A stretch of 64,000 bases of DNA from Dictyostelium discoideum (Eukaryota), in the NCBI GenBank assembly GCA_000004695.1, contig CM000150.2:2528001-2592000 (forward strand), in the 5' to 3' direction. Shown here piece by piece: positions 1 through 26,970 of the stretch. Numbering within the stretch: the stretch's first letter is position 1; each line of letters begins with the position of its first letter. The position numbers and the translations under genes were made by a program. The notes under the pieces are model-generated. The model saw only the letters and a program-made list of their open reading frames with translations. It ran no database searches and was not told the origin of the DNA.

Positions 1-23
1 AAATCCTTTTGCATGTGCCTTTT

Positions 24-497
24 TTAAATAAATAAATTAAAAAAAAAAAATATGTTAACAAATAATGATAAACAAAAAAAAAAAAAAAAAAAAAAAAAAG
101 TTAAATAATAAAAACAAACACTATCGTAACTACCACTGGGCTGATCATTATAAGTCAAACTATTATATATAATTTTGTTGTCAGATTTATTTGGTAAACT
201 CTGTTTGTATGTAGATGTAATAGGGTTTGGTTCTTTTGGATCTCTAATATTATAATTTGCAATTTCATTTATCTCTGAACTTCCTCCTTTTAATGTGTTA
301 TCAGTATAAATAGCCCCTTTACTGTGACTTAATTGTTCTAAAAACCACCATTCGACATTCTTTTCTATTGTAACTCCATCCCCAAATACTTGACTATCCT
401 TGTAAATATTTTTTGTTGTTATACATTTTGGAGGAACACAATAAATATGTGATATTAATACGAATAAATATAGAAAAATAATATATTTATTTCTCAT
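24..497 (-). CDS. Hypothetical small secreted protein. It has an N-terminal signal peptide (MRNKYIIFLYLFVLISHIYC). The ORF runs into an A/T homopolymer, so the true 3' end or a splice site is uncertain.
   Basis: Six-frame ORF with ATG and a hydrophobic signal-like N-terminus. The codon composition is ordinary for this genome. I recognise no conserved motif. The C-terminal FFFFFF is translation of a poly-T run. Confidence 0.3.
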   Translation of the reverse strand: MRNKYIIFLYLFVLISHIYCVPPKCITTKNIYKDSQVFGDGVTIEKNVEWWFLEQLSHSKGAIYTDNTLKGGSSEINEIANYNIRDPKEPNPITSTYKQSLPNKSDNKIIYNSLTYNDQPSGSYDSVCFYYLTFFFFFFFFCLSLFVNIFFFFNLFI

Positions 498-1045
498 TTT
501 CTTAGATCTATTGTCTAATATTATAATGTTTCAATTTTTTAATGGTATAAAAAAAAATTGGGTGTGTTTTTGCGAAAAAAAAAAAAAAAAAAAAAAATAG
601 CTTTGTCGTCAACAAAAAAGAAAAAAATCTAAAATTGGATCATTTAAAATAAAATAAAAAAACGAACGAAAATATTTTTTTTTAATCGTTTTTAGATGAT
701 TTTCCCACTCCTTTGATTATTGAAAATCTTTTTTAAATATTTTTAGATTTTTTTTTTTTATTTTTTTCGACCCATTATTTTATAAAAAAAAAATAATAAA
801 AATTACCCCACAAACCGCTTAGTTTTTTTTTTTTTTTTCACAAAGCCTGGTTTTTATTTTTTGTGACACTTTTTAGCTTTGCATCTTTGTCGCTTTAAAT
901 ACGGTTTGGAAAATACAACATTTTTTTTTTAATCAACCACTTTAAAATACGGTTTGGAAAATACTATATTTTTTTTTTCAATCAACCACACTCTTTTTTT
1001 TTTTTTTTTTTAAAAAAATAATCATATTGAAATTAAAAAAAAAAA

Positions 1046-11393
<10,348 letters not shown>

Positions 11394-12111
11394 AAACAAT
11401 TAAAATAATTTTTAAAAAAAAATAAAAAATAAAATGAGATAATGGTTTTATCAATAATTTAATTTGATACAAAATTCATTTTTTGTGTTTTTACATGTAT
11501 AACATTTTAATTATTGTTTACTAATATTAATATTAATTATTCCTCTGAATATTTCTAATTAATTTTAATTTTTTAATAAAAAAACTAAATTATTTTTAAA
11601 CTTTTTGTGACATTGAATGTAAAATTATAGCTAACTATCCAATTAATACTTTATTAATAGTAATAGTAATAGTAAAGGTAAAAGCAAAATTAAAAAAGAA
11701 ATAGAAAAACTAGAAAAAGATAAACAGGATGAAATTAAAAATCAAAAAAATGATAAATTCAATGGTCTAAATCAAAAAGAATAGTAATTCAATTATGGCA
11801 TCATCTTCATATTTTCAAGCTTCATTTTTTTATTTGATTAAACAATAAAAAATAATTAAATGTGAAAATAAATGATATTTATTTTAAAATAGAATTTTTT
11901 TTTTTTATTTCTTAATGCACCATTTTGGTTTTATAGAATTTTAATATACCTTTATGAAGTTGAGTAAATTTTAAATCCTTTTGAATAATTGAATCTAAAA
12001 AATATTTAAAAATTGCTACCCTAGATTTATTTGATAAATCAGACCAATTATCAAAAATGAATTTATAATTTTCAATTGTTAATTTTGATTTTTTAATTAT
12101 TTTATAATATT

Positions 12112-13646
12112 CTAATTTACCAAGATTGGAATTTCATTTGATTTTATAATTGAAAGTATCCTATTATAAATATGATTTAATGAGTCTTGATAAAGTTGTT
12201 TATGATTTAATTTAAAATGAAATGCTAAAATTGGATTAAAAATTATTTCACTTAAAATATTATCATCACCATCTAATTCAATAATACTTAATAAAAAATC
12301 AAATATTTCAATTGAAATTTCATAAGAAAATGGTGATACATCAAAAGATTTTAAATTAAACATTGGTTTAAAATATTTAATTTTATAAATTAATTTTAAT
12401 AATTCTAAATCTAATTTATAAATACTATAAAGTATTAAATTATTAACTTCTTTTGAAATTTTTAATGAATTATTATTATTATTATTACTATTACTATTAT
12501 TTTCAATTATCCAATTTAATTCTTTAATTCTACTATTTTCAATTTTTCATGATTTCCACAATAATATAATGAATTATTATTATTAAAACTATTAATATTA
12601 ATATTCATAGGTTTTAATTCTGATGATATAATATAATCACCAAATTCTGATTTTTTAAAAATTTTTGATTGATAGTGGATATTGATTATTAAATTTAATA
12701 TTAAAAAATATTAGATTTTCAAGTATAATAGTTGAATCTAAAAATTTATAAACCAATATAAATAATCTCTTTACAATTTCAATATCATTTTTATTTTCAA
12801 TATTAATTATTAATGATCATTAAATTTCATTTCATTTAATTCTTTTTGAATTTTTGGAATTTCTTCAAATTCATTATCAATCTTTGTTAATTTCGAAATT
12901 AATGAATTCTTGGCATTGATTGATATATGATTTTGAAATTGTAATATCAATATTATATTGTATAAATTTTTTAAAACAATCATATAATGAATAAATTAAA
13001 TTTGTTATACCAAATAATGTTTTTAAATTTGTTTCAAATAATTTTAATTCAAATAAACCTAAACCAATTAATTCTTCAGATTTACTTTTACTTGGTTTTA
13101 AAATTTTTAAATCATTTAATAAAAAATTAACTTTTTCAATTAATTTATTAAAATGATCATTATTTCTTTTTTTAAATATAATATCTTTCCAAATTTCATT
13201 ATTTTTTGTTGATTTATTATTATTATTATTTTTTAAATAATTGAAAATAATTTTTGAAATTTCATAAGATCCAATATCAATTGATATTTTAATGATGATA
13301 ATTTTGGTTCTAATTTATAATTTTCAATTAAAATTTTATATAATGATATATTATTATATTTGATTGAAATTTTTTCTAAATATTCAATTGAATTATTAAT
13401 TGTCGTTGTCTTTGTCGTTATTGTTGTAGTTATTAACTGAAATTCATTTGAATAGTTTTTTAATAAATTTAAAAATAATTCTTTATTATTATCAATATCT
13501 TGTTTAAATTGATTAAATATTGAATATTTATAATTATTGATTTTAGTTTCTTCATTATAATAATTTAATTTTGTAAAAGAAAAAACTAAATTTGATTTTC
13601 TTTTAATCTTATCTTTTAATAATCCTAAATGATTATTCTTTATCAT
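12112..13646 (-). pseudogene. Possible degenerate or frame-disrupted minus-strand gene. Alternatively it is an intron-rich hypothetical gene.
   Basis: Several non-overlapping minus-strand ORFs lie in different frames across about 11.9-13.7 kb (12112-12363, 13233-13646 and others). They have Dictyostelium-like codon usage with N/I/K-rich products. I found no convincing GTAAGT...AG introns to join them and recognise no motif. Confidence 0.2.
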
Positions 13647-14012
13647 CCATTCAACATTTTCAATCTTTTCATAAGAATATGAACACCATCCACTTATTTT
13701 TGATTGTTGTTTAATAAATTTAAATATTATAAATATATTTTTAAAATAATATTTAAATTATTCATTTGGGTTTAAATTAAAAAAAATAAAAAAAAAAAAA
13801 AAAAAAAAAATTTTCATAAAAACCAAACACCATTTCGCACTCGACCCATTAAAAAAAAAAAAAAAAAATTAATTTAATTTAATCATTCACAGAATTTCGA
13901 AATTAAGATCAAAGTTTTCTAAATTTAATAAAAAAAAAATTAAAAAAAAAATTATTTTAATGATTATATTATTATAATTTTAATAATATAATAAAGTTTA
14001 TTTTTAGAAAAT

Positions 14013-14876
14013 TTAATTTGAACATTGACATAAATTGGAATCAATAGTATGAGAACAAAAATCTCCAATCCATGGATGGAAACATTCACAAACTCCATTA
14101 TTACAAGTACCCATATTAAAACAATTATTAAAACAAAGGTTTGGATCATATAAGAATTGATTAACACCAGTGTATACTAAAACATTATTTGAATTGTAAA
14201 TTTTAATATCTTGATTTCCAGCAAAACCATTTGGACCTTGAGTGACATATCCAATGATTTTATCTGATTGGGTCAAATGAATTTTAACTTTATTTAAACC
14301 AATTTCAAATGAATATTCAGTTTGATCACTTCCAAACCAACCAGTGAGAGTAAAAACACCACCATCTACTGAAACTGGTGTAACAGTAGTAACAAATGGT
14401 AATGCTTCAATATTACAATTTTGACCAGTCCATCCAAGATAACATTGACATGCGCCCATATAAAATTGACCATTACCACAATCTTCAATCAAAGGTCCAT
14501 AGAAATCTTCTTGGAACCATGTTATATTATTTTGTGTAATTTCAACATCATATAATTGGTATAAATTCAATGAATAATCTAAAAAACAACTAACTCTATA
14601 ATAATTTACATTTCTAATTACACAATTATGACCACCAATTGTAATTTCTAAATTGTTATGAGTATCACCAAATAAACCAATAAACTCTATTGTATCAGGT
14701 TCTGGTGGTGCAGCATAATAATAGTTTGAATAATGATTTAAAATTTCACAATTTTCACCAGAATAATGTTCAGGACAACTTGACGAGGATGAAGATGAAG
14801 CAGAGTTTGAGGATTGAGACAAGCATTGATTTGAAAATGTTAAAAAAGCAATAATTAAAGATAATAAAAATTTCAT
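14013..14876 (-). CDS. Secreted Cys-rich protein. It has a signal peptide, EGF-like modules and a TIG-like beta domain.
   Basis: The ORF has an ATG and the N-terminus MKFLLSLIIAFLTFSNQCLSQ. The EGF-like spacings are CPEHYSGENCE, CQCYLGWTGQNCN and CNNGVCECFHPWIGDFC. It is bounded by homopolymer-rich intergenic DNA. Confidence 0.55.
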   Translation of the reverse strand: MKFLLSLIIAFLTFSNQCLSQSSNSASSSSSSSCPEHYSGENCEILNHYSNYYYAAPPEPDTIEFIGLFGDTHNNLEITIGGHNCVIRNVNYYRVSCFLDYSLNLYQLYDVEITQNNITWFQEDFYGPLIEDCGNGQFYMGACQCYLGWTGQNCNIEALPFVTTVTPVSVDGGVFTLTGWFGSDQTEYSFEIGLNKVKIHLTQSDKIIGYVTQGPNGFAGNQDIKIYNSNNVLVYTGVNQFLYDPNLCFNNCFNMGTCNNGVCECFHPWIGDFCSHTIDSNLCQCSN

Positions 14877-15145
14877 TTTTTTTTTTTATTTATAATAATT
14901 TAATAATTGAAATTGTTTTTTTGAATTGTATTTTTATTTATATTTGTTTAATTTGATTAATATAAAATTTTAAATTATTTTTAATCTATTTATATCTTTT
15001 TTTTTTTTTTCATTGCAACTCAGTTCTGTTATAATTTTAAGAACGAGTTTTATAAGAAATTAATAATTAATTGGAAATTTAAAGTTTATAAAAAATTAAA
15101 ATAATAAAAAAAATCTAGATTCCATCTTTGCATTGGTCCATTTTC

Positions 15146-15191
<46 letters not shown>

Positions 15192-15533
15192 CACCAACTG
15201 ATTAAATTATAATTAAAAACTTGATTGTTAAAAATTCTACAACTCGATTTCCATATCAACACAAATATCTTAAACATCTTTTGTTAATAGAAAATATTAA
15301 AATAAATTAAAAAAAAAAACTTCTTTTGTTAATAGAAAATATTAAAATAAATTAAAAAAAAAAATCAAATTTTATAGTATTTATATAATAGTTTATATTA
15401 ATCACCATTTTGAGTGCACTCACCAATCAAATGATTTTTTGGTAATATCTGAAATAAAATAAAAAAAAATCTGAAGAAATTATTTACATATATTTTTTTT
15501 TATTTTTTTTTTTTTTTTATTAAATTTTAGATT

Positions 15534-15668
15534 TTAAATTAAATCCATTTTACCACCCTCCACTAATGATTTGATTGGTAAATATTTTAAAAAGTAAATT
15601 GAAGTTTTTTTAAAATCAATTGTTTCGCTATACATATTTAAAAAAAATAGAAAATAAAAAATTAATAA

Positions 15669-15699
<31 letters not shown>

Positions 15700-16345
15700 A
15701 CATACTCGTCTACTAAAAAGTCACCTAAATCTTCTCTTGGTTTACAAAATACAAATGTATTTAAAAATGGTCTATTTATACTATTTGAATCCATTTTTTG
15801 AAAATCTTTTGGAATTGAATTTAATAATGTATTTTTAAAATATCCATCCATTAATGCTTTATACCTTGTTTTAAAAATAAAAAATAAAAAAATAAAAATT
15901 AAAAAATTTAGTTTATTATTATTAACTATAATAAATAAGAAAATTATATAAATTATAAATACTTTTGACAATAATTAATTTCAAATTCTGATAATAATTT
16001 ATAACTATCGTATTCATCATTTTCAATTTCTAATAAAATTGAAGAATAGAATTTATCAATTTTCTTTATTCTTTGAACTAAATAACATTTTATAATATAT
16101 TTTAATCTTTCTATTTCCATTTCATATATATTAGCAGTAAATTGAAGATTTATATTAGATATAGCACTTGCACATAATGATTCCTTTTCTTCAATTTTCT
16201 CCATAACTTCTTTAATAATAACATCTTCATAATTTAATAAATTTGGTGCATATTTCTCATTTATCCATGCTTTCTTTAATTTATCTAATAATGATAATTC
16301 TTTATTATTTGTGTTATTAAAATCACCATATTCCCCACTCATCAT
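15534..16345 (-). CDS. gins4: GINS complex subunit Sld5 (GINS4), three exons. Exon 1 is about 16345-15966, exon 2 about 15864-15707, exon 3 about 15638-15534.
   Basis: The N-terminus (LLDKLKKAWINEKYAPNLLNYEDVI) matches the Sld5 A-domain hallmark (L..AW.NEK.APELL). The C-terminus after splicing (…RPFLNTFVFCKPREDLGDFLVDE-D-ETIDFKKTSIYFLKYLPIKSLVEGGKMDLI) aligns with the human SLD5 C-terminus (…YVFLRVRERQENILVE…IRYKTIAPLVASGAVQLI). Inferred donors are GTATTT and GTATGT; the first is non-canonical. Confidence 0.75.
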
Positions 16346-16413
16346 TATTCTTTATTCTTTAATATTAGAGTTTATAAAAGAATGGATTAAAAAAAAAAAA
16401 AAAAAATGAAAAA

Positions 16414-16446
<33 letters not shown>

Positions 16447-16680
16447 GCGCTTGTCTTGCGTGTATTGGTGGGAAAAAAAAAAAAAAAAAATAAAGGAATA
16501 ATTGATAATTGAAGGGAACTACTTTTTATTTAATTTAAATAATATTTTAAATGTATAACCTAAATCTCCTTTTCGAACGGGGTTTTTTTTTTTTTTTTGT
16601 TTTATTTCCAATTTGGATTATTTTTTAGTTTTGGTTTTGGTTTTGGATATTTTTTTTTTTTTTTTTTTTTTTTTAATCAA

Positions 16681-17004
16681 TCAAACCCAAATTGCAACAA
16701 CTGCCATACCACTAAATCCTAATAACAATAAAAATGATTTAATTAAAATATCATTACTATCATGACTTAGCTCCTTGGGTATGATCTCTACCACAGCAAC
16801 ATATAAAAAGGTACCACTTGCAATACCCTGAAGTATTGGTGGAACCATTGATCCTGTTACACCTGATCCAACTATAACCATTCCTAATATTGACCCAATA
16901 GGTGAAGTTAAAGAAAATACAAAAACTAATAAAAATAATTTTAAAAATGATCTAAATATAATTATTATTATTATTATATTATTATTTTAAATTTTAATGT
17001 TAGT

Positions 17005-17036
<32 letters not shown>

Positions 17037-18649
17037 AATGATTTATTTATAATTATAAAAAATACATACGGTTTTTCATTTGAACTTGTTATTGTACTTA
17101 TACCTAAAGCAAAAGAAGCTAAAATTTTATGAGCGAAAATTGCAATTAAAATATCGAAAACTCTTATTTCTGAACTTTGTACACCCATTGCTAAACCTTC
17201 AAATAATGAATGAATTGATAACGCTATAACCAATATAAATGGTAATAATATATTACTCTTTTTAGTTACAACTATTATCTCTTGTTGATGAAGATGTTGA
17301 TGTTGATGTTCACCTCCTTTCATATTTTTTATTGAATCTGTTGTCGTATCTTTTATTAAAATTTCACTTTCTATTTTATTATTATTATTATTATTTTCTT
17401 CATTATCATTATAGTCAATATTACTATTACCACCACCACCACCACCACCACCATTATTATTATTATTATTATTACTACCTATATTTCCACTATTACCAAT
17501 ACCACTATTTATTAAAACTATTCTTTCATTATGTACATTTGAATCTGATCCTAAACTATTTCCTCTTGTTCTACCCTCTTGATTATAATCTATATCGTCA
17601 TAGTCAATGATAATGTCAGGTTCTTCATCATCACCATTATAACGGTAACTTAAACTTTTACTACTACTTAAAATTTTATTTGTATTTGGCGTTATATTTG
17701 CACTACTACTATTATTATTACTACTATTATTATTATTACTATTACTATTATCATTACTACAAGTAGTTGTTGTTGTAGTAATAAACGGATGATAATTTAC
17801 ACTACTAGATGGATAGTGGTGTACACTATTATTACTTGTTGTACTGATTGGTTGTATAATTATTTCTGTTCTAAAATTATTATTATTATTATTATTGTTG
17901 TTTTTGTTATTATTATTGTTATTGTTATTATTATTGTTATTATTATTTGAGAAACCACCTACACCACTACCACTTTTATCAATATCAATATGACTACCAA
18001 TAATTCCTTTATATTTATTTTGATTATAATAATAACTATTACTACTATCAAGCAATCTTTGTTTTTCACTAATTTTAGTTGATGATGATGTTGATGATGT
18101 TGATGTTGATGAAAAGGTTGGTATTGTATCTATAAATTTTCTAAATTTTGTTCTTGCACATTTTGATTGTTTCTTTTTATATATTTGTTCATCATCATTC
18201 TCATCATAATCATCTGGAATTATTATTTCATCCATTATATCTTTTTCTTCATCTTCATCTTCATCTTCAAGTACTATTTCTTTTGCTGTTGCTGCTGTTG
18301 TTGCTGTTGTTGTTGTCGTTGTTGTTGTTGTTCCTTCTGATGGTGTTGTTGGTGTTATTGTTGGTGATGTTGTTTTATTTTTTTTAGAATTTAAAGCACC
18401 TACACTCCCCATTCCAATACCAACACCTGATCCTGGATTACCATTACTACCATTATCTTTCCCATGATGTGAATGGCCATGTGATAAATGTACATGACTA
18501 TGACTATGTCCATGTAATGAGGCAAATGTATTACTCTTTATAAATATTGAATTTATTATTAATTCTAAAAATAATGTAATTAAAAATCCAACACATAAAC
18601 AAAGTGCTCTATATTTTATGTATGATATTAATATACTTTAATAACTATA

Positions 18650-18682
<33 letters not shown>

Positions 18683-18835
18683 TTAAATAATAATACATAC
18701 GCAAATGGATAATTGTATTTTTGGACATATGGTTGTAGATCTTCATCAGCTGTTGCAAATAAATGTAACATACCTGCTCCAAAAAATACACCTCCTGTTT
18801 TAATCATTTTATTACTATTAGTAAATTTTTAAAAG

Positions 18836-18870
<35 letters not shown>

Positions 18871-19056
18871 GAGATAATAAAAAAAATAAAAAAATAGTTT
18901 ATATTTACCAGCAAATGTATTACTCCACGATAAATATCTTGAGCTATTATTTAAATTTCTCATCCAATATGGAGCTATTCCTGCTAATAAACTTAGTATA
19001 AACAATACAGTAGTTGATATTATTTTAATATCTAATACTGATAATGAAATACCCAT
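16681..19056 (-). CDS. ZIP (ZRT/IRT-like, SLC39) family metal-ion transporter. Its cytosolic loop is long, poly-N/poly-T and His-rich. Four exons: about 19056-18908, 18800-18704, 18609-17065, 16935-16681.
   Basis: Exon 1 is MGISLSVLDIKIISTTVLFILSLLAGIAPYW. Exon 2 is GGVFFGAGMLHLFATADEDLQPYVQKYNYPFA. Exon 3 has HGHSHSHVHLSHGHSHHGKD... and the ZIP signature HSLFEGLAMG. Exon 4 is ...GSILGMVIVGSGV...GIASGTFLYVAVVEIIPKE. Splice sites are GTAAAT/GTATGT donors and AG acceptors with consistent phases. Confidence 0.75.
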
Positions 19057-19739
19057 TTTATATAATATATATAATATATATTATATATTAAAAAAAAAAA
19101 AAAAAAAACTATTTTTTATTGCACAAAAAAAAAAATGTAGACCAAAGTTTTTTTTTTTTTTTTGGAATTTTCTTTTTTTTTTTTTTTTTTATTTTTTAAT
19201 TTATTTTTTTTTTATTTTTTTTTTTTGGGTTGATATCAAACAACTTTAAAAAATAAAAAAAATTAAAAAATGAAATAAATAAAAATAGAAAATTAAAATT
19301 TTAATAAGTTTAAAAAATACAATATTAATAAGCGAATATAATATCTAAATATTTAAGATTTAAAATCACCACACATTAATTTTTGTCTTTTTTTTTTTTT
19401 TTTTTTTGTTTTTTTAATTATTTTTATTTATTTTTTATTTTTTTTTTTTTGGTTATTCTTACAAATAGTAGTTTATGCCTATAAATAATTAAAAAATGGT
19501 TTATTTCTCTTTAAAACAAAAAAAAAAACAAAAAAAAAAAAATGTATATACAAATTCATTATAATTATTATAAAATTTAAATAATAATAGAAAAAAGAAG
19601 TATTTTCTAGAAAAAAAAAAAAAAAAAAAAAAAAAATAATATTTCATTAAATTTTTGATTATTGATTGTTTTGGCTTAAGTTTAATTTTTTGATTTGTTT
19701 TATATTTTTTATCCCTATTTGGGTTTCGTTAGAAAGTGT

Positions 19740-19782
<43 letters not shown>

Positions 19783-20106
19783 TTTTGGGACTTTTTCTTT
19801 GTAAAATAATACAAAATAACTTTTTGTGGAGGTTGCCAAAGTTTTTCAGACTTTTTTTTTTTTTTATTTTTTTTTTTTTTTTTTTTTATTTTCAATTTTT
19901 TTTTTTTTTTAATAATTTTTTTTTTTTGATAACTAATTTGGTCAACTATTATCACATATATTTTTTTTTTTTTTTTAATTTTTTTTTTTTTTTTATTGTT
20001 ATAATTAATAATAATAATAACAATAATAATAGTAATAATTAACACCAATTATTAAAAAAAAAAAAAAAAATTAAAAAATAAAAAAAATAAAATTAAAAAC
20101 AAAATA

Positions 20107-20156
<50 letters not shown>

Positions 20157-20312
20157 CAATTGGTTTTAAATTTAAAAGAGAATAAATAATTTATAACATA
20201 TTTAAATATATTTTTTTTAAAAAAAAAAAAAAACAATTCAATGAAAAATTATTTAATATTCTTATAATAATAAAGTAATAATAATAATAATAATAAAAAA
20301 ACAAATAATAAT

Positions 20313-23992
<3,680 letters not shown>

Positions 23993-24985
23993 AAATAATA
24001 ATATTAATAATAATAAAAAACAAACAAACAAATAAATTTATTTAATTTAATTTATATTTTATTTTAAATTTTTTATTTTATTATTTATTATTTAATATTT
24101 AAAAAACTATTATTAATTTAGAATAAATTTTGGATTTAATATTTCAAATGTAACTGGCTGCAATCAAATATATATGAAAAAGGTTTATCAATTTCAATAT
24201 CATAATCAATTAAACTACAATTCAAATATCAATAATTTTTTGCAACTTGTACTTCCGATTAATAAATATTCAATAATTATACAAAATTATAATTTTTATT
24301 TTTTTTATTATATTTTTATATTTTATTTAATTAAATCTAAAAATATAAAACTAGCAATTTTTTTTTATTTAATTTTTTTTTTTTTTTTTTTAAATTTAAA
24401 ATTATATTTAATTTCCTGGAAATTAATGATGAATTATGTAAATAAAATGTTTTAAAACATTTTATTTTATTCATTATGTTTTTTTTATTTTATTTTTTTT
24501 TTGGAAAAATTAAAAATATTATTTTACAAATAGATCTCCCAATAAAAAAAAAATTAAAAAAAAATTAAAAATAAAAAAAAATTAAAAAAGGGATACTTTT
24601 ACATTCTAAATAATTAATTAGATAAAAATAAAAAAAACACAATTTATTTAGATTTTAAAATTAATTAATTATTAAAATTTAAAAAAAAAAAAACAAAAAA
24701 AAAAAAACAAAAGTGTTAATTTTTTTTTTAATTTAAAAATAAAAAAAAAAAAAAAAAAAGTGCCTTTTTTTAATAATTAATTTTGAAAAATTTTAATAAT
24801 TTATTTTTTCGATATAATAAAAAAACATAACAAATAATTTATTTATTCATTTTTTTTTTTTTTTTCAGTAAACACTTTTTTTTTTTTTATTTTTTATTTT
24901 TTATTTTTTTTTTATAATCTAATTAAAATATTATTAAATATAAATATAAATAAAAAATAAAAAATAAAAAATAAAAAATAATAAA

Positions 24986-26021
24986 ATGATAACAAATTTA
25001 ATTAATAAATATTTAATATCAACAAGATCATATTTATCAAGTGGTATTTTATTTATACTTTTAATATCAAGTTCAATAGCATATAGACAAACAAAACAAA
25101 TTGATATATGGTTTAGTTTATTTTGTTTTACAATTATATTTCAAAATTTTTGTTTTGCATATTTATTAAATTCATATTTAGATTATTTAACTGGATCAGA
25201 TTATGTAAAGAGTGAAATGGATAGAACACTATTCAAACATATAACATTGGGTCAATTGAGGGGATTCATAAAGATACCTTTGATTTTAAATGTACTACTT
25301 TTAATAATAACTTATAGATGGAAAGGGTTAAACACATTGTTAATGATTGCATTTTTAGATTTCTTACAAATTATTGGGGTTTGCATTTACTCACCATCAA
25401 AACACTATGCTATGGGTCATTTGGTTTTTAGCTTTGTACATTATATTAATATTTGGATTTTCTATTATTCAAATACTAAACAATTTCCATCATTCAATTC
25501 TTCCGATCCTTTCATTTATTATAGTTTTTATTTTTTACCTGTAATTCTTCAATCAATTCATGCAAATTATCATAGAGATATTGAAAATGATAAAAAATCT
25601 GGTATTTTAACAATTGCAATCTTATTAGGTAAAAAGTTTTCTTTAGTTTATTATTTTTTATTATATATTGGTAAGTAAAATTTTTATTTTAATAAAAAAT
25701 TATTTGATCAAAAAAAAAAATAAAAAATAAAAAAAAAAAAAAAAAAAAAAAACACATCCCCAATTCTCCACATACTCTCCCCCCACACGCACTAACCCCT
25801 TTTTTTTTATTTTTATTTTTTTTTTTATAGGTGGTTTGATTTATTTAATATTTTTAATGATAAAATTTAATAATATTTTCTTTTTATTACCATTTGCAAC
25901 CATATCATTAATTAATGAACTATATGGAAATATCGATTTATTAAATGTTCAAACAACTAAAATTCATTTTTTTTCTTTATTTTTATTTTCAATAGCAATT
26001 TTATTGGGTGGTAAAAAATAA
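24986..26021 (+). CDS. UbiA-superfamily prenyltransferase, UBIAD1/MenA-like. Two exons: 24986-25670 and about 25831-26021.
   Basis: The first Asp-rich motif is NSYLDYLTGSDYVKSEMDRTLF (compare UBIAD1 N.[20 protein letters not shown]). The second is HANYHRDIENDKKSGILTIAILLG (compare MenA N.RD.E.D...G..TLAV.LG). The protein is polytopic and hydrophobic. The donor GTAAGT follows ...YIG at 25671. Confidence 0.6.
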
Positions 26022-26440
26022 ATTAATAATAAAGTTACAATTAATATAAAATAAATAAAAGTAAAAATAAAAATAAAAAAAGAAAAACTAATATTGTAAA
26101 TATATTTAGAACAAAAAAAAAAAAAAAAAAAAAAAAAAACAGGATGATTACATTCATTTTTTAATATTTCAAATAATTTTGTGTATTTTTCTTGGGTTCT
26201 CTATTTTTATATACTAAATTCATATTAAAAATAAGTAAAAATAAATAATTATAATATTTTTTTTTTTTTTGAGAATTTCACCAATTTTAATAAAATTTTT
26301 TTTAATTTTCTTTTTTTTTTGAAAAAAAATTAAAAAAATTAAAAAAAAAAAAAAAAAACAACACTTTTTTTTTTTTTTTTTTTTTTTCAAAAAAATTATT
26401 TTATTTTCATTTGATCAGTTGGGTGGATAAATATTAAATA

Positions 26441-26517
26441 ATGTCGGATATTAACTCAAATTCTTATGACCCATATCATCATCCACAACAACACCAACAA
26501 GAATCACAATATCATCC

Positions 26518-26559
<42 letters not shown>

Positions 26560-26927
26560 GGAATATTATAATCAACAACATCAACAAGAATCACAATATC
26601 AACAACAGTCTCCACCACAACAACAATATGATAACCATCAACATCATCAACAAGATTTAAATCAAGCACATAATAGTGGACATGGCCGTAGTCATAACAG
26701 TGGACATGGTCATAGTCATGGTAATAATTATAGTGGATTACCACACTTAAGAACACAAGTTGGACATGCTCAACCTTATTTTTCATCTTATAATGAATTA
26801 AATAATAGTGGTGATATTTCAAATAGTAATAATAATAATAATAATAATAATCAATATAATTATAATAACAATAATAATAATAATAATTATAATAATAATA
26901 TAAATAATAATCAATTTAATAGTAGTG

Positions 26928-26970
<43 letters not shown>

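Noticed and set aside
16380-16680. GC-containing island (aaaaggcgcttgtcttgcgtgtattggtggg) and a (ttttgg)n run upstream of Sld5, considered as an E2F/cell-cycle promoter element.
   Set aside because: The GGCGC core is not in the TTTSGCGC orientation of E2F sites on either strand. It may still be promoter sequence, but I cannot support a specific factor.
17332-18387. Plus-strand ORFs 17332-17610 and 18148-18387 encoding poly-Y/poly-H/poly-L.
   Set aside because: They are antisense translations of the (AAT)n/(CAA)n-rich loop region of the ZIP transporter gene. They are pure homopolymer peptides with no start context.
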